DNA of 64,000 nt from an uncultured Acidobacteriota bacterium (lineage in GTDB: Bacteria; Acidobacteriota; Vicinamibacteria; Vicinamibacterales; JAKQTR01): contig CAVOWJ010000014.1 of NCBI GenBank assembly GCA_963700065.1, positions 35,692-99,691 on the forward strand. Reading direction: 5' to 3'. The translations under genes were made by a program, and so were the position numbers. Numbering within the stretch: position 1 is the stretch's first letter; every line of letters begins with the position of its first letter. The notes below the pieces were generated by a model that was not told the DNA's origin, did no database searches, and worked only from the letters and a program-made list of their open reading frames with translations. Of this stretch, positions 61,166 through 64,000 are shown in pieces.

Positions 61166-62288
61166 TTACGGCTCCTTGGGCACGTAGCCGCGGATCTTCG
61201 CGCTGACCTCGCCCTTGCGATAGTCGAAGAACTCACGCACGTACCGGAAGCTGTAGGAACCAGCCGCGAAGGTCGCGCCGAAGTCGAACGAGATCTCCCT
61301 GGGGAGCCAGACGTTGTCGAAGTACCGGCCCATGGCCATGGCCGCCTTCGCCTGGTCCACCCGGACAATGGCGCGGCCGGGCAGGAAGCCCCAGTCGGCG
61401 TTGTCGAAGGCGAACCTGACGATCTGGAACTCCTGCGGATTCGATCCACATCGTCACCATCGTCACCTTGTTGAGCGCCGCCTCGATCTCGTCCTCGAGA
61501 TCGTCACCCTTGTCGCGCTTCGCCGGCTTCTTTCGCGCGTCCTTGGCGGCCGGTGGCTCTCCGGCCGACTGGACCTTGACGTCGCCTCCGGCGGTGATGG
61601 TGACCTCCTTCTTCTCGCGCTCCTTGTCTTCGGTGAAGAGACGGGTGGGGTAGTACTCGACCTTGACGACCGGGCGGCCGTCGATGGCCTCGCGCCCGGC
61701 CAGGTAGTAGTTGCCCGGCTCGAACGGGAATTTCATGAAGTACGCCTCGGAGATGAACCGCGGCTCGGTGCCCGCCAGCGCGACAACCTCCTTGTCGGTG
61801 CCGATGTCGAGGGATTGGAGTTCCTCGACCACCTCCGCCTCCACGGAATCCGCGCCCGGTTTCGCGGCATCGTCCTTCCTGGCCGCCTTCTCCTTCGCCC
61901 GCCGCTCCCGGTCCTGTTCCTTCTTCAGCCAGTCGGCCTCGTACTTCCGGCGATCCGCCTCGCCGAGCGAGGCGCCGTTCGCCTTGACGGGGCTCCGCAC
62001 CAGGTAGCCGTCGCGGATGAACCACTGGTACTCGCGGCGCTGGCCGGCCAGGGGCATGCCGCCCGGGCCCAGGATCTGAAACGTTTCGCGCTCGCTCAGG
62101 ATGTAGTCGTGCAGCGTCTTCCAGTTCTCGTTCCGCCGCTCGAGGACGCGCGACATGAACGCATCGAGATCCGTGAGCGCTGCCCCCGGCTTCGCCGGGT
62201 TCTGCGGCGCCGCGCCCGCGGCCTGCACGAGCCAGCCGGCCGCCGCCAGGGCCAGGACTGCGGGGACTGTCCGTCGATGCACGAGCAC
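61166..62288 (-). CDS. Secreted protein with a suspected LolA/RseB-like fold; apparent frameshift near 61435
   Basis: Signal peptide; [21 protein letters not shown]...QIVR, VWLPREI and FFDYRK. Confidence 0.6.
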
Positions 62289-62368
62289 CTCCCTGACGGC
62301 CGCGTCGCGGCCCTAGGTGTACTACGGAGGCGGGCGCCGTCTGGTTCGACCGGCCCGTTTCCCTGCCG

Positions 62369-64000
62369 CTACACGTATCCCTCGCGCAGGACGCGGTCCA
62401 GCGTCTCGACGAGGCGGTCGGCATCGGACGCCGTGAAGCACAGGGGCGGCTTGATCTTCAGGACGTTGTGGAAGGGGCCGTCGGTGCTCACCAGCACACC
62501 CTGGTCCCGCATCCGGTTCGCGACCAGGCCGGCCGCGGGGCCGGCCGGCTCGCGGCTGGCCTCGTCGCGCACCAGCTCGACGCCGACAAACAAGCCGAGG
62601 CCCCGCACATCGCCCAACGACGGGTGGACGGCCTGGAGCGCGCGCAGCCCGCGCATCAGGTGCTCGCCGGTGTCGAGCGCGCGGGCCTGCAGGCCCTCGT
62701 CGCGGATGACATCGAGCACGGCCAGGCCGATCGCGCACGAGACGGGGTTGCCGCCAAACGTGTTGAAGTACTCCATGCCGTTGGCGAACGCCCGCGCGAT
62801 GTCGGGCGTCGTCACGACCGCGCCGAGCGGGTGGCCGTTCCCGATCGGCTTGCCCATGGTCACGATGTCGGGCACGACGCCCTGGGCCTCGAACGCCCAG
62901 AAGTGGCGTCCGACGCGGCCGAAGCCGACCTGCACTTCATCGGCGATGCACACGCCGCCCGCGCTCCGAACCGCGTCGTAGGCCGCGCCGAGGTAGCCCG
63001 CGGGCAGCGGGATCTGGCCGGCGCAACTGAGGATCGACTCCGCGATGAAGGCCCCGACGCGGCCGCCGCGGCCCGCGATGCGATCAACCGCCGCGGCGAC
63101 GTGGGCGGCGTAGCGGGCGCCGGCGTCACTCGTGCCGTCGCGGTAGATCCCGCGGTAGAGGTCCGGCGTCGGCACCACGTGCACGTGCGCCGGCGCGCCC
63201 GCGCCGCCGGGGCCGTTGAACTTGTAGGGGCTGATCTCGACAACGGCGTTCGTGTTGCCGTGGTACCCGACGTCGACCACGATGGTCTCGCGGCTGCCGG
63301 TGTATGCCCGCGCGAGACGAAGGGCGAGCTCGTTCGCCTCGCTGCCGGAATTGACGAAATAGCAGACGCGGAGCGGATCGGGCAGCGTGGCGCAGAGGCG
63401 TTCGGCGTACTCCACGATCCGCGCGTGCAGGTAGCGCGTGTTCGTGTTCAGCGCCGTCATCTGCCGCCCGCCCGCCTCGACCACGCGCGGATGGCAGTGG
63501 CCCACATGCGGCACGTTGTTGACGGCGTCCAGGTAGGCGCGGCCGTCCGCGTCGTACAGGTACTGCATCCAGCCCCGGACGATGGTGAGCGGCCGGCGGT
63601 AAGAGACGCTGAGCGACGGCCCGATGTGCGCGTGCCGAGAGGCGAGAATCTCGCTCCCGCTGCGGTCCCGGGGCGCCGTCACCCCGCCAGGGATCTGCGC
63701 CACCAGGTTCGGATCCGGAGCGAGGCTCAGCCACACGCGGCGCTCGGCGGGGTCGGCCACGCCGGGAAAGTCGCCGTGCCGATCGAGCAGATCGGTGATC
63801 ACCTGGAAATGCAGATGCGGCGGCCATCCGCCGTTCTCGCCCATGGAGCCGATCCGGGCCACGATGGTTCCCGCGCTCACCCGATCGCCGAGGCTGAACG
63901 CCGCCGACGATCCCCGCGCGAGGTGCCCGTACAGCGTGTAGAAGCGCGGCCCGCCAGGCCCCGCCTCGTGTTCCAGGATGACGGTCGGGCCGTAGTCGAG
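62369..64000 (-). CDS. Class III PLP aminotransferase (phospho-lyase ETNPPL/PHYKPL-like) preceded by an M23-like domain; 5' end lies outside the window
   Basis: Frame is open from 64000; [25 protein letters not shown] (M23); [17 protein letters not shown] and TMGKPIGNG. Confidence 0.88.
   Translation of the reverse strand, partial: LDYGPTVILEHEAGPGGPRFYTLYGHLARGSSAAFSLGDRVSAGTIVARIGSMGENGGWPPHLHFQVITDLLDRHGDFPGVADPAERRVWLSLAPDPNLVAQIPGGVTAPRDRSGSEILASRHAHIGPSLSVSYRRPLTIVRGWMQYLYDADGRAYLDAVNNVPHVGHCHPRVVEAGGRQMTALNTNTRYLHARIVEYAERLCATLPDPLRVCYFVNSGSEANELALRLARAYTGSRETIVVDVGYHGNTNAVVEISPYKFNGPGGAGAPAHVHVVPTPDLYRGIYRDGTSDAGARYAAHVAAAVDRIAGRGGRVGAFIAESILSCAGQIPLPAGYLGAAYDAVRSAGGVCIADEVQVGFGRVGRHFWAFEAQGVVPDIVTMGKPIGNGHPLGAVVTTPDIARAFANGMEYFNTFGGNPVSCAIGLAVLDVIRDEGLQARALDTGEHLMRGLRALQAVHPSLGDVRGLGLFVGVELVRDEASREPAGPAAGLVANRMRDQGVLVSTDGPFHNVLKIKPPLCFTASDADRLVETLDRVLREGYV

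Overview
A very GC-rich bacterial chromosomal window. The gene style and families suggest Acidobacteriota/Vicinamibacterales, but that is inference. It is rich in cell-envelope genes: an RND efflux triplet, three MscS channels, a K+ channel, CAX, AmpG, several outer-membrane barrels and three different Omp85-family architectures, one of them a 2109-aa single-chain TamB-POTRA-Omp85 fusion. It also holds two sulfatases, purL, pyk, gpmA, a Dus, a TPP-riboswitch-controlled TonB receptor-pnuC-NadR-like kinase operon, and a multiheme cytochrome/Rieske/cytochrome b cluster. Non-coding structure found by eye: (i) two copies (about 280 bp and 107 bp) of an apparently unannotated MITE family, both inserted at TTCTAGGA with a TA duplication; (ii) an AAA_14/DUF4143-type ATPase gene flanked by a 63-bp duplication of the purL 3' end, with no integrase nearby; (iii) three REP-like palindrome families; (iv) several probable leaderless promoters. 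About ten genes, including purL, carry single-base frameshifts that are most likely assembly indels. No rRNA, tRNA, CRISPR array or transposase was seen.
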